A stretch of DNA of 64,000 nucleotides from Alphaproteobacteria bacterium (lineage in GTDB: Bacteria; Pseudomonadota; Alphaproteobacteria; UBA828): the NCBI GenBank assembly GCA_963422645.2, contig CAXXVO010000012.1, forward strand, positions 160,001-224,000. Reading direction: 5' to 3'. A program made the position numbers and the translations under genes. Positions 29,693 to 40,647 of this stretch are shown piece after piece (position 1 is the stretch's first letter; every line of letters starts with the position of its first letter). The notes under the pieces are model-generated. The model did not search any database. It was not told where the DNA came from and worked only from the letters and a program-made list of their open reading frames with translations.

Positions 29693-30421
29693 TCAGGAGC
29701 GGTTCTTGAAGCGCCAGCTCTCGTTGCCGGTCTCGATGATCTCGCAATGATGGGTGAGGCGATCGAGCAGCGCTGTGGTCATCTTGGGGTCGCCGAAGAC
29801 GGATGGCCATTCGCCGAAGGCGAGGTTTGTGGTGATGACGATCGAGGTGCGCTCGTAGAGCCGGCTCATCAGATGGAAGAGCAGCTGCCCACCGGCCTGG
29901 GCGAAGGGCAGGTAGCCGAGCTCGTCGAGGATGACGAAGTCGCGGCGGACGAGCTGGTCTGCAGTGCGGCCCTGGCGTCCGGCGCGAAGCTCGGCCTCGA
30001 GGAGGTTGACCAGGTCGACGACGTTGTAGCACCGGCCGCGCGCGCCCTTGCGGATGCAGGACCGCGCGATGGCGACGGCGAGATGGGTCTTGCCGGTACC
30101 GGTGCCGCCGACCAGCACGATGTTGCGTTTGCCCTCGAGGAAGCCGCCGCCGGCGAGCTCCTGGATCAGGGGCTCGTTGACCGGCGAGGCGGCGAAGTCG
30201 AAGTCGGCCAGCTCCTTGACCGTCGGCAGCTTGGCGGAGGCCATCTGGTACTTGATCGAGCGGGCCCTCTTGTCGGCGATCTCGACCTGCAGCAGCGTAC
30301 CGATGATCTGTTGCACCGGATGGCGGCGCTTGAGCCCGTCGGCAAGGATGTCGTCGTAAGCGGCGCGCATACCTGCGAGCTTCAGCTGGGTCATCATCTC
30401 CAGCACATCATGACGCTCCAT
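29693..30421 (-). CDS. istB: IS21 helper ATPase
   Basis: [30 protein letters not shown]. Confidence 0.95.
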   Translation of the reverse strand: MERHDVLEMMTQLKLAGMRAAYDDILADGLKRRHPVQQIIGTLLQVEIADKRARSIKYQMASAKLPTVKELADFDFAASPVNEPLIQELAGGGFLEGKRNIVLVGGTGTGKTHLAVAIARSCIRKGARGRCYNVVDLVNLLEAELRAGRQGRTADQLVRRDFVILDELGYLPFAQAGGQLLFHLMSRLYERTSIVITTNLAFGEWPSVFGDPKMTTALLDRLTHHCEIIETGNESWRFKNRS

Positions 30422-31922
30422 GACCGGCCTCCCTCAGGCTGTCGTAGCGCTGACAGTCGGCTACCGGCTTGTGGCGAAGCTGCAGGCCCTCGGGCGTCGG
30501 GATGATTGCCGGCGGTGCCGGCTGGCGCTGCCGGGCGAGGATGTTGAGCACCACGTCGGCGCTGCAGGCACCGCAGTCGAGCGTCTCGGCACAGGCCGCC
30601 TCAACCGCCTCCAGTCCGTCCTCCAGCACCGCCGCGAGCACCTTGACGAACTGCCGGTCGCCGTCGTCGTGGCCCGCGAGCCGGGTTCGCAGGCGGCCGA
30701 GCGCGTTGGGCAACTGCCAGTCCTTGAAGGGCGCGCCATTGCGTAGCGCGCCGGGCTTCCGCGTCAGGATCGGCACGTAATGCCACGGATCGTAGACGAA
30801 CCGGCCGCGCCCGAAGCTGCGGGGGTGCTCGGCAACGGTCTCGCCGTCCTGGCGGATGACGATCCGATCGGCATAGGCCCGCACGTCCACCGGCCGGCCG
30901 ACGGCGCGGGCCGCGACGCTGTACTGGTTGTTGTCGAAGCGCACCAGACAGGTCTTCGAGACCGACACCTCGCTGGCATGGAAGCCGTCGAAGGGGCCGC
31001 GATACGCCATCAGGAAGGGCTGCTCCTCCTCGAACACCTGCCACACCGTCTTGCCCGGGATTGTCGGATGCGGATGCTTCTTGGCGTCCTCGATGCACCG
31101 ATCCATCAGCCACTCGTTGATCTCGGCGTAGGAGCGGCCCCGCGGGATGGGCACGAACAGGCGGCCGCGAAGGTCACCCACCTGCTTCTCGACCTGCCCC
31201 TTCTCCCAGCCAGCCCCTGGCGTGCACGCCACAGGCTCCACCAGATGGTGCGAGCACAGCTCCTGGAAGCGGCGGTTGTAGTCCCGCTTCTTGCCCACGA
31301 AGATCGTGCTCACCGCCGTCTTCATGTTGTCGTAGATGCCCCGCCGGCAGACCCCGCCGAAGAAGCGGAAGGCACGCTCGTGCGCCTCGAAGACCATCTC
31401 CTGGCTCTCGCGGGGAAAGATCTGGACCAGATACATCCGGCTGTGGCACAGCCGCATGTGCGCCGCCTTCACCCTGGTCGTCGCGCCCGACAGACGCGCG
31501 TACTCGTGGCTCCAGTCGAACTGGTAGGCCTCGCCGGGATCGAAGATCAGCGGCACATAGGCCTGCGCCGGCGACAACAGCCGCCACCGGCGCCGCCAGG
31601 CCCTGGCATAGCGGCGAACCGCGTCATAGCCGCCCTTGTAGCCCAGCGACACAAGGTCTTCATGAATCCGCAGAAGAGACAGCCGATCCTTGCGTGCCTT
31701 CTTCTCGTTGGCCTTCAGCTGGCGCTCAAGCTCCTCCACCCACAGCCCAAGCTTCGGCATCGGCTGGATCTTGCGCTCGTAGCTGTGCGAGGTCGCATCG
31801 CCCCGCACCACCTTGCGTATCGTGTTCTTGGAAACCCTCAAATCCCGGGCGAGCTTCTTGATCGGAACGCCCTTCACCAGATGATCCCGACGGATCTTCG
31901 CGATCGTTTCCACAACCAGCAT
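30408..31922 (-). CDS. istA: IS21 transposase
   Basis: [25 protein letters not shown]. Confidence 0.95.
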   Translation of the reverse strand: MLVVETIAKIRRDHLVKGVPIKKLARDLRVSKNTIRKVVRGDATSHSYERKIQPMPKLGLWVEELERQLKANEKKARKDRLSLLRIHEDLVSLGYKGGYDAVRRYARAWRRRWRLLSPAQAYVPLIFDPGEAYQFDWSHEYARLSGATTRVKAAHMRLCHSRMYLVQIFPRESQEMVFEAHERAFRFFGGVCRRGIYDNMKTAVSTIFVGKKRDYNRRFQELCSHHLVEPVACTPGAGWEKGQVEKQVGDLRGRLFVPIPRGRSYAEINEWLMDRCIEDAKKHPHPTIPGKTVWQVFEEEQPFLMAYRGPFDGFHASEVSVSKTCLVRFDNNQYSVAARAVGRPVDVRAYADRIVIRQDGETVAEHPRSFGRGRFVYDPWHYVPILTRKPGALRNGAPFKDWQLPNALGRLRTRLAGHDDGDRQFVKVLAAVLEDGLEAVEAACAETLDCGACSADVVLNILARQRQPAPPAIIPTPEGLQLRHKPVADCQRYDSLREAGHGAS

Positions 31923-32041
31923 CTCCCCCACCACCCCGTCCGTCCAAACGACGAGGTGTGTTCATGGACACAAATCCAAGGGGGTCAATTTTGGACGCCG
32001 ATCACCCCCAATAGGGGGTCACTTTTCCACGCTTAACAACA

Positions 32042-32199
32042 ACGGCGGATGACCGCCGCTCGGGGCCCGCCGCACGCCGACAGATGAAGCGCGAGATGGG
32101 CATGCCGGCGGCCTCGGCGCGCTCGCGGATGCGCTGCCATTCGGTGTCCGTGGCCATCACCGTGCGCGGGTGCCGTCCCGGGTCCGGTGCCTCTTGCAT
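32042..32199 (-). pseudogene. ribbon-helix-helix (MobC/CopG-like) fragment between two IS
   Basis: RTVMATDTEWQRIRERAEAAGMPISRFI. Confidence 0.5.
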
Positions 32200-32202
32200 A
32201 GT

Positions 32203-34717
32203 CTCAGACTTCCTGACCTCTGCTGATTTTAGGTGACACGAGCCGCGCGGATTCCGAGGCCCCGTCGATGTCGTAGACTATGCGCAGACGGGTGCCGGGG
32301 AAGACCGTTTCGGTGGCGTTCAGGTCGCTCAGAACCGCATCGATCCAACGGTCGCAGGCGTCGTTTGCGAGGCCAAGAATGTGGACCCGCAGGAGGCCAT
32401 TGCCAGGATCCGGCAGGATGTCGGCATCGGCGGTGAGCAGCGCTTGAAGCAGTTTCCGGGGATGGGGCTTGTGGCCCTGCGCCTGCATGACGGGAAGCAT
32501 CATGCGGGTTTCGGCGCGGTAGGCGATCATCCGGATGACGTCGAGGAGGAGGCGCTCGCGCGCGGGCAAGGCATCGAGCTGCTCGGCTTCGTCGAGGTCG
32601 CCGGCCCGGCAGTGCTTGGGCGTCTCCCTGCGGCTGGCCCTGACGATGTCGCGGACATCCTGGAGGTCCCTGACTTCCCTCCTGAGTTCCGCCGTCGGCT
32701 GCTTCTTCCGGGCCGTGTCGGCGATGCGGTTGCGCAGGCGGCCAAGCTGGCGGTCGAGGCGATGGATTGCCTTGTCATAGGCCCGCCGCAGCGGGTTGAC
32801 GACCATGGCGGCGGGATCGAGAGGCTCGAGCTCGTGGGTCGGCAGGGCGTCGAGATTGAACTCGTCACGCATGTACTTGAAGAAGTTCTCCTGCGACCAG
32901 CGCGAGAACATGGCGCCCGCAACCTCAGCCATCGGCTTGTGCGGATCGGTGGTGATCAGCGGCACCTGACGGCCGTTGTCGAGCAGGCGGCGGATCTGGC
33001 GCACCCTGAAGCCGTTCGGCAACGTCACCGGCTTCTCAGCCAGCCGCATGGTGGCGCTGCCGTCCGCCGCCGGTCCGTGAATGGGAACGGTCATCGCGCC
33101 GAAGTCCTCGGCCGGCCAGTCCTCGCCCCTGAAGTTCTTGTGCCAGGTCAGGCAGGCGACGCCGCGCCTCGCCAGCCGGCGGAACAGATCCGGGCTCCAG
33201 CCCTCGCGGTCGAAGACCAGGGTGAGCGCCGGCTGGCCGGGATGCTCGGCGGTCAGGTCCGGCGCCCCGGCGCCAACGATCCCAAGCTCCTGCAGCGCCG
33301 GCACCACGTCGGCTTCGATGGCCGCGACCATCTTCGGGTCCAGCGGCTTGTGCAGACAGAGCAGCGGCTTGCCGCCCAGAGCGTTGATCCAGTAGCTGGC
33401 GCTCGCCGGCAGGCACAGCTTCTCGCGCGAGACGAAGTGCTTGGGCAAGCGCCCCTTGCGGCCGGAGTAGACCTTGACGTGCCCGTCGATGGCCAGCGTC
33501 GCCCAGAGCTCCGGCTCGTCGGCCTGCCAGCGCCTGGCAAGGGCGAGCTGCCACGCCCGCACGCCGGCCTCGTCGTCGGCGATGAGAGCGATCTTGCGGC
33601 GCAGCGTCTTGACCTCGGGGCAGCGATCGAGGCCGAGAATGGCGCCCCATTCGCCCGGCGCCTGGTAGCGCAGGCTCTCGGGGTTGCGCACCCGCGCCAA
33701 GGTCATGAAGGCCAGGAAGAGCAGGATCGTAGGCAAGCCGTAATAGCCCTTCGGCAGCAATGGCAGGAGACCGGTCTCGGAGAGAAGACCTTCCTTCAGC
33801 AGGGCCGGCAGGGCGGCGAGCACGCCGCCGAAGCGGACACCGCGGGCGGCGGCGGCGAACTGCGGTTCGACCGGCCCCGCCTGTCCACAACTGGCCAGAA
33901 CCCGAGCCGGAACATCGCAAGTCGCACGCCCCATCGGCGCCTGCCGGTCCCGCCGATCGCGCGCGCTGCGATCCGTTTGCGGCTGCGCTTCCAGCCCCGG
34001 CGCCGTCTCCGGCCCCGGGGCACCGGTACTCTCTTCATCGACACGGCCTTCAGGAGCCGCACCCGCGTCAGGCGGCGCAGCCAGCGCTGAGCGTCCGGGC
34101 TCCCCATCCGCCTCCGTGTTGCCGATCAGTCCCTGACGGCGCCACTTGTTGACCGATGGCGCTGACACGCCGAGAACCCGGGCCGCCGCAGAGCCGCTCA
34201 GGCCCGATGCCAGCAACGCCGTCGCCTTCTCCGCCAACTCCGGAGTGAACACCGACGGCCCGCGACCGCGCCGGGGCTTCATGAACCCCGCTTCGCCCTC
34301 GGCCAGGTAGCGCCGTCGTGCGCGCTGCACCGTCGCGCGCGAGACAGCGAAAGCGTCAGCCAGTTCCTGCGGCGAGACCGCGCTGATCGCCGCGAGGCGG
34401 CCGATCCGCAAGAGCATGGCCGTGCGGTCATCGGCGGCGTGGCTGTCAAAGGGAATGAGGTTGGAAAAGTAGGTGAAGGTGTCGTCCGAGATCAGGACGG
34501 CGAAGCAGCTGTTGCCGATCGAGACCGCCTCTGGAGGGCACATTGGGAGGGTACTGGGCATGGTTGAGACCGTGCAATTGGTATCAAATTATAATATCAG
34601 ACCTCGGGCGCGACACCCAGCGAAAAACCGCCTGAAACAACCGAAATGTATCAGAATTCAAGGAGTTCCCGGCACGCTGCCCAGAACAGCCAGCATCACG
34701 AGGTCAGGAAGTCTGAG
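32203..34717 (-). mobile_element. ISNCY-like element copy B (complete)
   Basis: Perfect 18-bp IRs CTCAGACTTCCTGACCTC (32203-32220, 34700-34717); no target duplication seen. Confidence 0.88.
32204..34561 (-). CDS. large DDE transposase with N-terminal HTHs (785 aa)
   Basis: AIDGH, VFDREG, RWSQENFFK; stop codon lies in the IR. Confidence 0.85.
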   Translation of the reverse strand: MPSTLPMCPPEAVSIGNSCFAVLISDDTFTYFSNLIPFDSHAADDRTAMLLRIGRLAAISAVSPQELADAFAVSRATVQRARRRYLAEGEAGFMKPRRGRGPSVFTPELAEKATALLASGLSGSAAARVLGVSAPSVNKWRRQGLIGNTEADGEPGRSALAAPPDAGAAPEGRVDEESTGAPGPETAPGLEAQPQTDRSARDRRDRQAPMGRATCDVPARVLASCGQAGPVEPQFAAAARGVRFGGVLAALPALLKEGLLSETGLLPLLPKGYYGLPTILLFLAFMTLARVRNPESLRYQAPGEWGAILGLDRCPEVKTLRRKIALIADDEAGVRAWQLALARRWQADEPELWATLAIDGHVKVYSGRKGRLPKHFVSREKLCLPASASYWINALGGKPLLCLHKPLDPKMVAAIEADVVPALQELGIVGAGAPDLTAEHPGQPALTLVFDREGWSPDLFRRLARRGVACLTWHKNFRGEDWPAEDFGAMTVPIHGPAADGSATMRLAEKPVTLPNGFRVRQIRRLLDNGRQVPLITTDPHKPMAEVAGAMFSRWSQENFFKYMRDEFNLDALPTHELEPLDPAAMVVNPLRRAYDKAIHRLDRQLGRLRNRIADTARKKQPTAELRREVRDLQDVRDIVRASRRETPKHCRAGDLDEAEQLDALPARERLLLDVIRMIAYRAETRMMLPVMQAQGHKPHPRKLLQALLTADADILPDPGNGLLRVHILGLANDACDRWIDAVLSDLNATETVFPGTRLRIVYDIDGASESARLVSPKISRGQEV

Positions 34718-35169
34718 TCTGTGCTACTGCTATGTGTCCTCTACGGCTCGATCACCATATAGCACACAAACCAGCACGCAATACACATGGGCATAGTATC
34801 CTGACCTCTCCATAACGCAGCTTGCCTCAACCACATCGCACACGGTCACCGCACAGTCCCCATCCACTCAGGAACCATCCCTTTGCCTAGTATATCAGCA
34901 CAGTCTACTTCCCCATATGCAACTCGAGCACCCTACGTTGCACGCAGACGCCCATGATCACGAACCTGAAAGCCCCTTGCGCCAGCTCCCAATACCTTGT
35001 AATGTGTAACTGCCCAGGTACCCCTCTCTCTTATGGAACAAGCCAGTTCCTTTTGCGTCAACGCCCCCACGCCGCGGGGGTGCCTACTCTCTTGAGCGCG
35101 AGAGGATGATGAACGCCGCGTCGCGAACAAGATGAGAGGACAGCGATACTCAGGATGAGCCGGAGAAGT

Positions 35170-36708
35170 TCAGGAGCGCAGTATAGGGATCAGCTGCATC
35201 GGTTCCGGGTGCGCCAGGATTTGCAGGATGTTCCAGCCTTGCTTTCGAGCGGTGACGATGACGCTGCGCATTCCGGCGAAGTTGCAGGCGCCTTGCAGGG
35301 AGCGGAAGCCGCCTGAGATCTTCTCATGCACTTTGTTCATACGGATGTCACGCTCCGCCTCGTTATTCGTGAACGGCGTGCGCAGGTCGGTGAGGAAGCG
35401 CAGGCAGCCCTCCTTATGCTTTTGAAGGCGGCGCGCGAGGTTGTGGCCGATGCGGCGTTTCTTTCGCCCTCGCTTTGCGATCTGGAGCGGCGGTTGGGCC
35501 TCATGGAAGGCGATGGCTTCTTCGAGGATACGGTCCCATGCCCTTGAGATGCGGGCCACCAGGGAGGCGGGGACTTGACGGTCTTTCTCACGGGCGAAGC
35601 GGGCGGCCCTGCGCGCGCGCTGAAGCAGGCGGTGCATGCTCGCCGCCCATTCCTCCTTCTCGATGTCGATCAGGGCCTGGAGTTCGCGCAGGTGATGTGC
35701 GTTGCAGGCGCCGTGGCGGACGCCCTTGATGGTGAAGTAGGGGGCGAAGTCGTCGTGGACGAGGATGCCTTTCAGGTTCTTTTCGACATCGCCGCGTCCC
35801 TCGCCGATGCGCAGGACGGTGAGCAACGGGGTGCACAGCACATGGAGCCAGCGGGTACGGGCGGCGATACGCAGGCCGGTCTCGTCGAGGTGCTTGACCG
35901 GCGCCTGCGTGCGGATCAGATCGGCGACATGGTCGAGGAAGCCCTCGAAGCGCTGCGCTGTGCGCCGGCCCATGGCGGCGATCGTGGCAGTGGAGATGGA
36001 CACCGCGAAGATGTCGCTCATGAGTTCGGCCAGACGCTTCTCGGGCACGAACTGGGCGTACAGCAGGTAACTCACCCAAGCGGTGATGCGAGGGCCGTAC
36101 TGGACCGGGGCGGTGACGCCCGGCGGGAAGGCGGCTCGTGTCAGCGTGCCGCATGCGCCGCAGAGGCAGCGATGGGCGCGGTGTTCGGTGACCTCGAGAG
36201 GCTGCGGCTCGGGTACGTCGAAGACCTGCCGACAGGCGGGCGCGCCTTGCCGGTCGGCGTCCGAGAGCTCGACGCCACAGCCGGAACAGGTGGAGGGGTG
36301 GTGATCGACGACACGGTCCGGGCTGTCGCTCCGCGCGAGGGTGGTTCCCTTGTGGCCGGGCTGGCCGCCACTGGGCCCGCCGGACTTTCCGCGCTGGCTT
36401 TGGGTGCGCCTCTGGGCTCCGCTTTTCTTCTTGAGCCCGTCGCTGGCGGGGGGCTTGCTGCTTGTGGTGCTGTTGAGGGCCGCGCTGCGCTCGAGTTCGG
36501 CGATGCGCTCGCGCAGGGCCGCGTTCTCCTGCTCGAGTGCGGCATTTTCCCGGGCGAGCGCGGTGGCTGATCGCAGCAGCCCCTGCCCCCATTCCCGGAC
36601 GGCAACGACGACAGTGGTTGCGAGGGATGATGGCTCGAGAAGCTCCTTCAGGCAGCAGAAGGCCTCGTTACGGGCGGCGAGGTCTTCGTGCCAGTGCGAC
36701 ACCGTCAC
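35170..36708 (-). CDS. IS66 transposase TnpC
   Basis: NSTTSSKPPASD, GGQPGHKG, CxxC, QVFDVP, HLDETG, CNAHHLREL, TNNEAERDIR. Confidence 0.93.
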   Translation of the reverse strand: MTVSHWHEDLAARNEAFCCLKELLEPSSLATTVVVAVREWGQGLLRSATALARENAALEQENAALRERIAELERSAALNSTTSSKPPASDGLKKKSGAQRRTQSQRGKSGGPSGGQPGHKGTTLARSDSPDRVVDHHPSTCSGCGVELSDADRQGAPACRQVFDVPEPQPLEVTEHRAHRCLCGACGTLTRAAFPPGVTAPVQYGPRITAWVSYLLYAQFVPEKRLAELMSDIFAVSISTATIAAMGRRTAQRFEGFLDHVADLIRTQAPVKHLDETGLRIAARTRWLHVLCTPLLTVLRIGEGRGDVEKNLKGILVHDDFAPYFTIKGVRHGACNAHHLRELQALIDIEKEEWAASMHRLLQRARRAARFAREKDRQVPASLVARISRAWDRILEEAIAFHEAQPPLQIAKRGRKKRRIGHNLARRLQKHKEGCLRFLTDLRTPFTNNEAERDIRMNKVHEKISGGFRSLQGACNFAGMRSVIVTARKQGWNILQILAHPEPMQLIPILRS

Positions 36709-37370
36709 GTGTCTTCGGCCTCGACGGCCATCATGGCGGCGAGCACGGCGAGGCGTTCGCCCGGCGGCAAGGCCTGGTAGCGCCGGCCCCAGTTGGCTGC
36801 CTTGCGCTTGATGCGCTGGCGGTCGGTGAAGTTCCGGCCTGCGTGGCTGGCCCAATGCATCCGGTCGGGGGCGTAGTTGAACCAGACGACCTCGGTTCGC
36901 ACCAGACCCTGGGTCGTGACCTGCAGCGCCAGCCGGCGCCATCCCGCCAGCACCTCGTCATAGAGCGCCGACGGATGGCCCGAGATCATGACCTGGCAGG
37001 GCAGAGCCTTGAGCAGCGCGAGAAGCGCGACGTGGCCGGCCTCCTCGTACTCGAAGCGGTAGCGCTGCGCCGAGCGGCGGGTCGCGTGCAGATAGGGCGG
37101 ATCGCTGTAAACCAGCTCCGGGCCCAGGAACGGGAACGAGGCCAGGAAGTCATGGGCACAGCCGTGAACCAGATCGACCGGGTAGTCGCAGACGAAGGCC
37201 TCGAGCGCCTGCGCATCGCGGTCGATGCCGATCGAACGCACGGCCGGCGGCTTGCGCTTCATCAGCGCCCCGCCCCCAAGGTGGCTTTCGATGTAGACGG
37301 AGTGCGGCGGCATCAGCGCAATCAGCGCTTGGCACAGACCTGCTGTCGCCTTCGAGCCGAAATACCCCAT
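36705..37370 (-). CDS. small DNA adenine methyltransferase (Dam/D12-like)
   Basis: YFGSK, YIESHLGGG SAM-binding motif, GID, VYSDPPY catalytic motif. Confidence 0.88.
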   Translation of the reverse strand: MGYFGSKATAGLCQALIALMPPHSVYIESHLGGGALMKRKPPAVRSIGIDRDAQALEAFVCDYPVDLVHGCAHDFLASFPFLGPELVYSDPPYLHATRRSAQRYRFEYEEAGHVALLALLKALPCQVMISGHPSALYDEVLAGWRRLALQVTTQGLVRTEVVWFNYAPDRMHWASHAGRNFTDRQRIKRKAANWGRRYQALPPGERLAVLAAMMAVEAEDT

Positions 37371-37670
37371 GGACCGCTCCCGTCACGCGAGAGAGCAGTC
37401 CATAGTCCCGCAACTCTATGAGGTCAAGAACCAATCGCGGTGGCAGAACCAGGCCGCGGCCGCCGCCATAATCACCGTCCTCAACTCAGGATTGGGGTAC
37501 CTGGGTAGTTACTGTAATGTAACTTACTATTCGGGAGAAAAAGCACTCTATAGATTTTCCAATGTAACGAACGTCTACAGTATCAAGTCTTCGCACCCCG
37601 AATCGGTTCTGAGTTCTGGACCAGTCATAAGAGCCTCGTGGCCAGGCCGCAAGCGCGCGATCAGGTGACC

Positions 37671-38414
37671 CTATTCCTTCGGTCGATCGGCTGAGGGCGC
37701 GGGGCTTTCGGCTCTCGAGTCTCCTTCGTCTTCATCCAACCTGCCCCCAAGCTTGGCGTCGGGTGGGCTGACGATGCCGCCGGAGATCACGAGCTTGACG
37801 CCTTCCTCCACGGTCATGTCCAGCGGGATGCAGTCCTTGCGCGGCACGAACAGGAGGAAGCCCGAGGTCGGGTTGGGCGTGGTCGGCAGAAACACGTTGA
37901 CCATTTCCTCCTCTGTGACCCGCTGCACCTCGCCCCGCGTGGGGCTGGTGATGAAGCCGATGACCCAGATGCCCCGGCGCGGATACTCGATCAGCACGAC
38001 TTCGCGGAAGGCGTTGGCCGACTGGGCCAGCACCGCATCGAAGATCTGCTTGAGCACACCATAGATCGTACGTACCACGGGCACGCGCGAGACCAGGTTC
38101 TCGCCGAAGCGGACCAGGAAGCGGCCGGCAACGTTGGTGAACAATGCGCCGACCACCGTGACCAGGATGAGCACGATCACGATGCCGACGCCGGGAACGT
38201 TCCGGCCCAGAACGTCAGAGGGGTTGTAGGCGTCCGGGATCAGCGGAACGACCGCGCGATCGAACACGTCGACCACCAGCCAGAGCAGCCATAGGGTGAT
38301 GCCGATCGGCGCGGTGACGACGACACCGGTGAAGAAGTACGTCCTGAGGCGTGCGAAGAGGCCGCGCTTGCGCGGCGGCTGGATCAGACGAGGGGGCGGC
38401 GTGCTCTCGTTCAT
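37671..38414 (-). CDS. DUF502 membrane protein
   Basis: YFFTGVVVTAPIGIT, VLIEYPR, FLPTTPNPTSG. Confidence 0.9.
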   Translation of the reverse strand: MNESTPPPRLIQPPRKRGLFARLRTYFFTGVVVTAPIGITLWLLWLVVDVFDRAVVPLIPDAYNPSDVLGRNVPGVGIVIVLILVTVVGALFTNVAGRFLVRFGENLVSRVPVVRTIYGVLKQIFDAVLAQSANAFREVVLIEYPRRGIWVIGFITSPTRGEVQRVTEEEMVNVFLPTTPNPTSGFLLFVPRKDCIPLDMTVEEGVKLVISGGIVSPPDAKLGGRLDEDEGDSRAESPAPSADRPKE

Positions 38415-38704
38415 CTCGGAGAGTGACGCCGGCGCCCCGGTCCCTCGGGGTGATCGAGCGTTCTCGTCATGATCCCGCGGCCCCGCTTGTACTCCCTCAT
38501 GTGTACCTGCCGCATAGCGTTGCCGCCAGATCATTCGTTGTGCGGCAATGGTGAGCGGGCCCCCTGATTCGGCCCTCTGCGGCGGCTTGGCGGGCTATGG
38601 CACGGCGCCTATCATGACGCCGGAGAGCGCACCTTCGCGTGGCCGGCGGCGCGGCCGAGGCTGCGGGCCGGAAGGGATTGCGCGCAGCAAGGGGGGAGGA
38701 GCCG

Positions 38705-39652
38705 ATGTCCAGACAACTCATCGTCGCTGCGGCCCAGATGGGCCCGGTCGCGCGCACGGAGACCCGCTCGCAAGTTATCGACCGATTGATCGCGATGCTG
38801 CACAACGCGCACCGGGCGGGCGCCACGCTCGTGGTGTTTCCGGAACTTGCACTCACCACCTTCTTTCCGCGTTGGGTCATCGACGATCCCGAGGAGCTCG
38901 AGAGCTATTTCGAGACCGAGATGCCGAACAACGAGACCCAGCCGCTCTTCGCTGCCGCGCAGGAACTGGGTATCGGATTCCACCTCGGCTACGCTGAGAT
39001 GGTCATCGAGGACGACGGTTCAAAGCGCTATTTCAACACGGCCGCCCTGGTCGATCGCGAGGGGCAGATCGCCGGGAAGTACCGCAAGGTCCATATCCCT
39101 GGTCATGCAGAGCCCCAGCCGGGCCAGATCCACCAGCATCTCGAGAAGCGCTACTTCGAGCCTGGCGACCTGGGCTTTCCCGTGTTCCGCACCATGGACG
39201 GCATCATGGGGATGTGCATCTGCAACGACCGGCGCTGGCCCGAGACCTACCGGGTGATGGGCCTTCAGGGCGTCGAGCTGGTCATGCTCGGCTACAACAC
39301 GCCGAGCACCAATCCCTTCGCCAAGGGACAGGAAGCGCCGCATCTCGGCATGTTCCACAACCACCTCTCGATGCAGGCGGGCGCCTACCAGAACGGTACC
39401 TGGGTGGTGGCGACGGCCAAGGCCGGCACGGAGGAGGGGATCCACCACATGGGCGGAAGCTGCATCATTGCGCCGACCGGTGAGATCGTGGCCCAGGCCC
39501 AGACCGAGGGCGACGAGGTGATCGTTGCGCCGATCGATCTGGAACGCGGGGTCTATATCCGCGAGACCATCTTCAACTTCGCCGCACACCGGCGGATCGA
39601 GCATTACGGACTTATCTCCAGCCGGGCCGGCGCGGAGCCGCCGCCCGCTTGA
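38705..39652 (+). CDS. N-carbamoyl-D-amino-acid hydrolase (nitrilase family)
   Basis: FPELALTTFFPRW, YRKVHIPGH, ICNDRRWPE triad. Confidence 0.88.
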   Translation: MSRQLIVAAAQMGPVARTETRSQVIDRLIAMLHNAHRAGATLVVFPELALTTFFPRWVIDDPEELESYFETEMPNNETQPLFAAAQELGIGFHLGYAEMVIEDDGSKRYFNTAALVDREGQIAGKYRKVHIPGHAEPQPGQIHQHLEKRYFEPGDLGFPVFRTMDGIMGMCICNDRRWPETYRVMGLQGVELVMLGYNTPSTNPFAKGQEAPHLGMFHNHLSMQAGAYQNGTWVVATAKAGTEEGIHHMGGSCIIAPTGEIVAQAQTEGDEVIVAPIDLERGVYIRETIFNFAAHRRIEHYGLISSRAGAEPPPA

Positions 39653-39675
39653 GTGCCGCTGGCCGGCGGGCCGCC

Positions 39676-40647
39676 TCAGAGGGTGAGGACGATCTTGCCG
39701 AAGTGAGCGTTGGCGCGCATGTGAGCCTGCGCCTCCGCCGCCTGCTCGAGCGGGAAGGTGCGATCGATGGGCAGGCTCAGCGTGCCGTCCTCCACCGCCT
39801 CCCAGATGTCGGCGCGCATGGCGGCGTTGATGGCACGCACCTCCTCCACTGAACGGGTGCGGAAGGTCACGCCGATGTAGTCGATGCGCTTCAGCGCATG
39901 CAGGTCGAAGTCGAAATCGGCGGTGAAGCCGCCGAGGCGACCCACGTTGACGATCCGCCCCAGCACCGCCGCTGCTTGCATGGTCTGGTTGGCGAGCCTG
40001 CCGGTGACCTGGTCGATGGTGAGGTCCACGCCCTTGCCGCCGGTGGCTTCGCGCGCCTGCTCAACCCAGCCGGGATCGCTTGGGTCCAGGGCGAGGTCTG
40101 CACCGAACTCGGCGAGACGGGCGCGCCTGCCGGCATCGCGCGAGGTGGCGAGCACCGTGCCCGCGCCCTTGAGGCGGGCGATCTGGATCGCCATGAGCCC
40201 CACGCCTGAACTCGCGCCCTGAATCAGGACGGACTCTCCTGCGGCGAGGCGGCCGTTGGTGATGAGTGCGTCGTGCATGGTCTGGAGCGCGATGGGGAGC
40301 GTCGCCGCCTCGACCGGATCGGACGCTGACTTGGGCACGGGGCACACCCGGCCCCAGTCGGTGACGGCGTATTCGGCGTAGCCGCCGGCGCCAGAGCACA
40401 TGACCTGATCGCCCGGCCGGAATTCCGGTACTTCGGCACCGACAGCAGCGACCTCTCCGGCCCATTCGAGGCCCGCGATCGTGCCCGCGCCGCCGAGCGC
40501 TCCGTGCGGCCGGCCTGCCGCCATGATCAGGTCCGCCCGGTTCAGGCCGCTGGCGGAGACCTTGACCAGGACCTCGTTGGGCTTGGGCTCGGGCACCGGC
40601 ACATCGCGAACCGCCAGACCTTCGTCACTAAGCACCACTGCCTTCAT
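39676..40647 (-). CDS. MDR-family NADPH:quinone oxidoreductase
   Basis: GLNRADL, GGYAEY, IQGASSGVG, HFGKIVL. Confidence 0.88.
   Translation of the reverse strand: MKAVVLSDEGLAVRDVPVPEPKPNEVLVKVSASGLNRADLIMAAGRPHGALGGAGTIAGLEWAGEVAAVGAEVPEFRPGDQVMCSGAGGYAEYAVTDWGRVCPVPKSASDPVEAATLPIALQTMHDALITNGRLAAGESVLIQGASSGVGLMAIQIARLKGAGTVLATSRDAGRRARLAEFGADLALDPSDPGWVEQAREATGGKGVDLTIDQVTGRLANQTMQAAAVLGRIVNVGRLGGFTADFDFDLHALKRIDYIGVTFRTRSVEEVRAINAAMRADIWEAVEDGTLSLPIDRTFPLEQAAEAQAHMRANAHFGKIVLTL

Larger units (their letters stand above)
29491..32041 (-). mobile_element. IS21-family insertion sequence
   Basis: TGT...ACA ends with repeated TGACCCC subterminal motifs; istA-istB; no target duplication seen. 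Confidence 0.92.
35006..37512 (-). mobile_element. IS66-family (single-TnpC type) element with passenger methyltransferase
   Basis: IRs GTAACT(G/A)CCCAGGTACCCC; 8-bp duplication TGTAATGT at 34998-35005 and 37513-37520. Confidence 0.93.

Noticed and set aside
36705-37370. Restriction-modification system
   Set aside because: No cognate endonuclease nearby; the gene lies inside an IS
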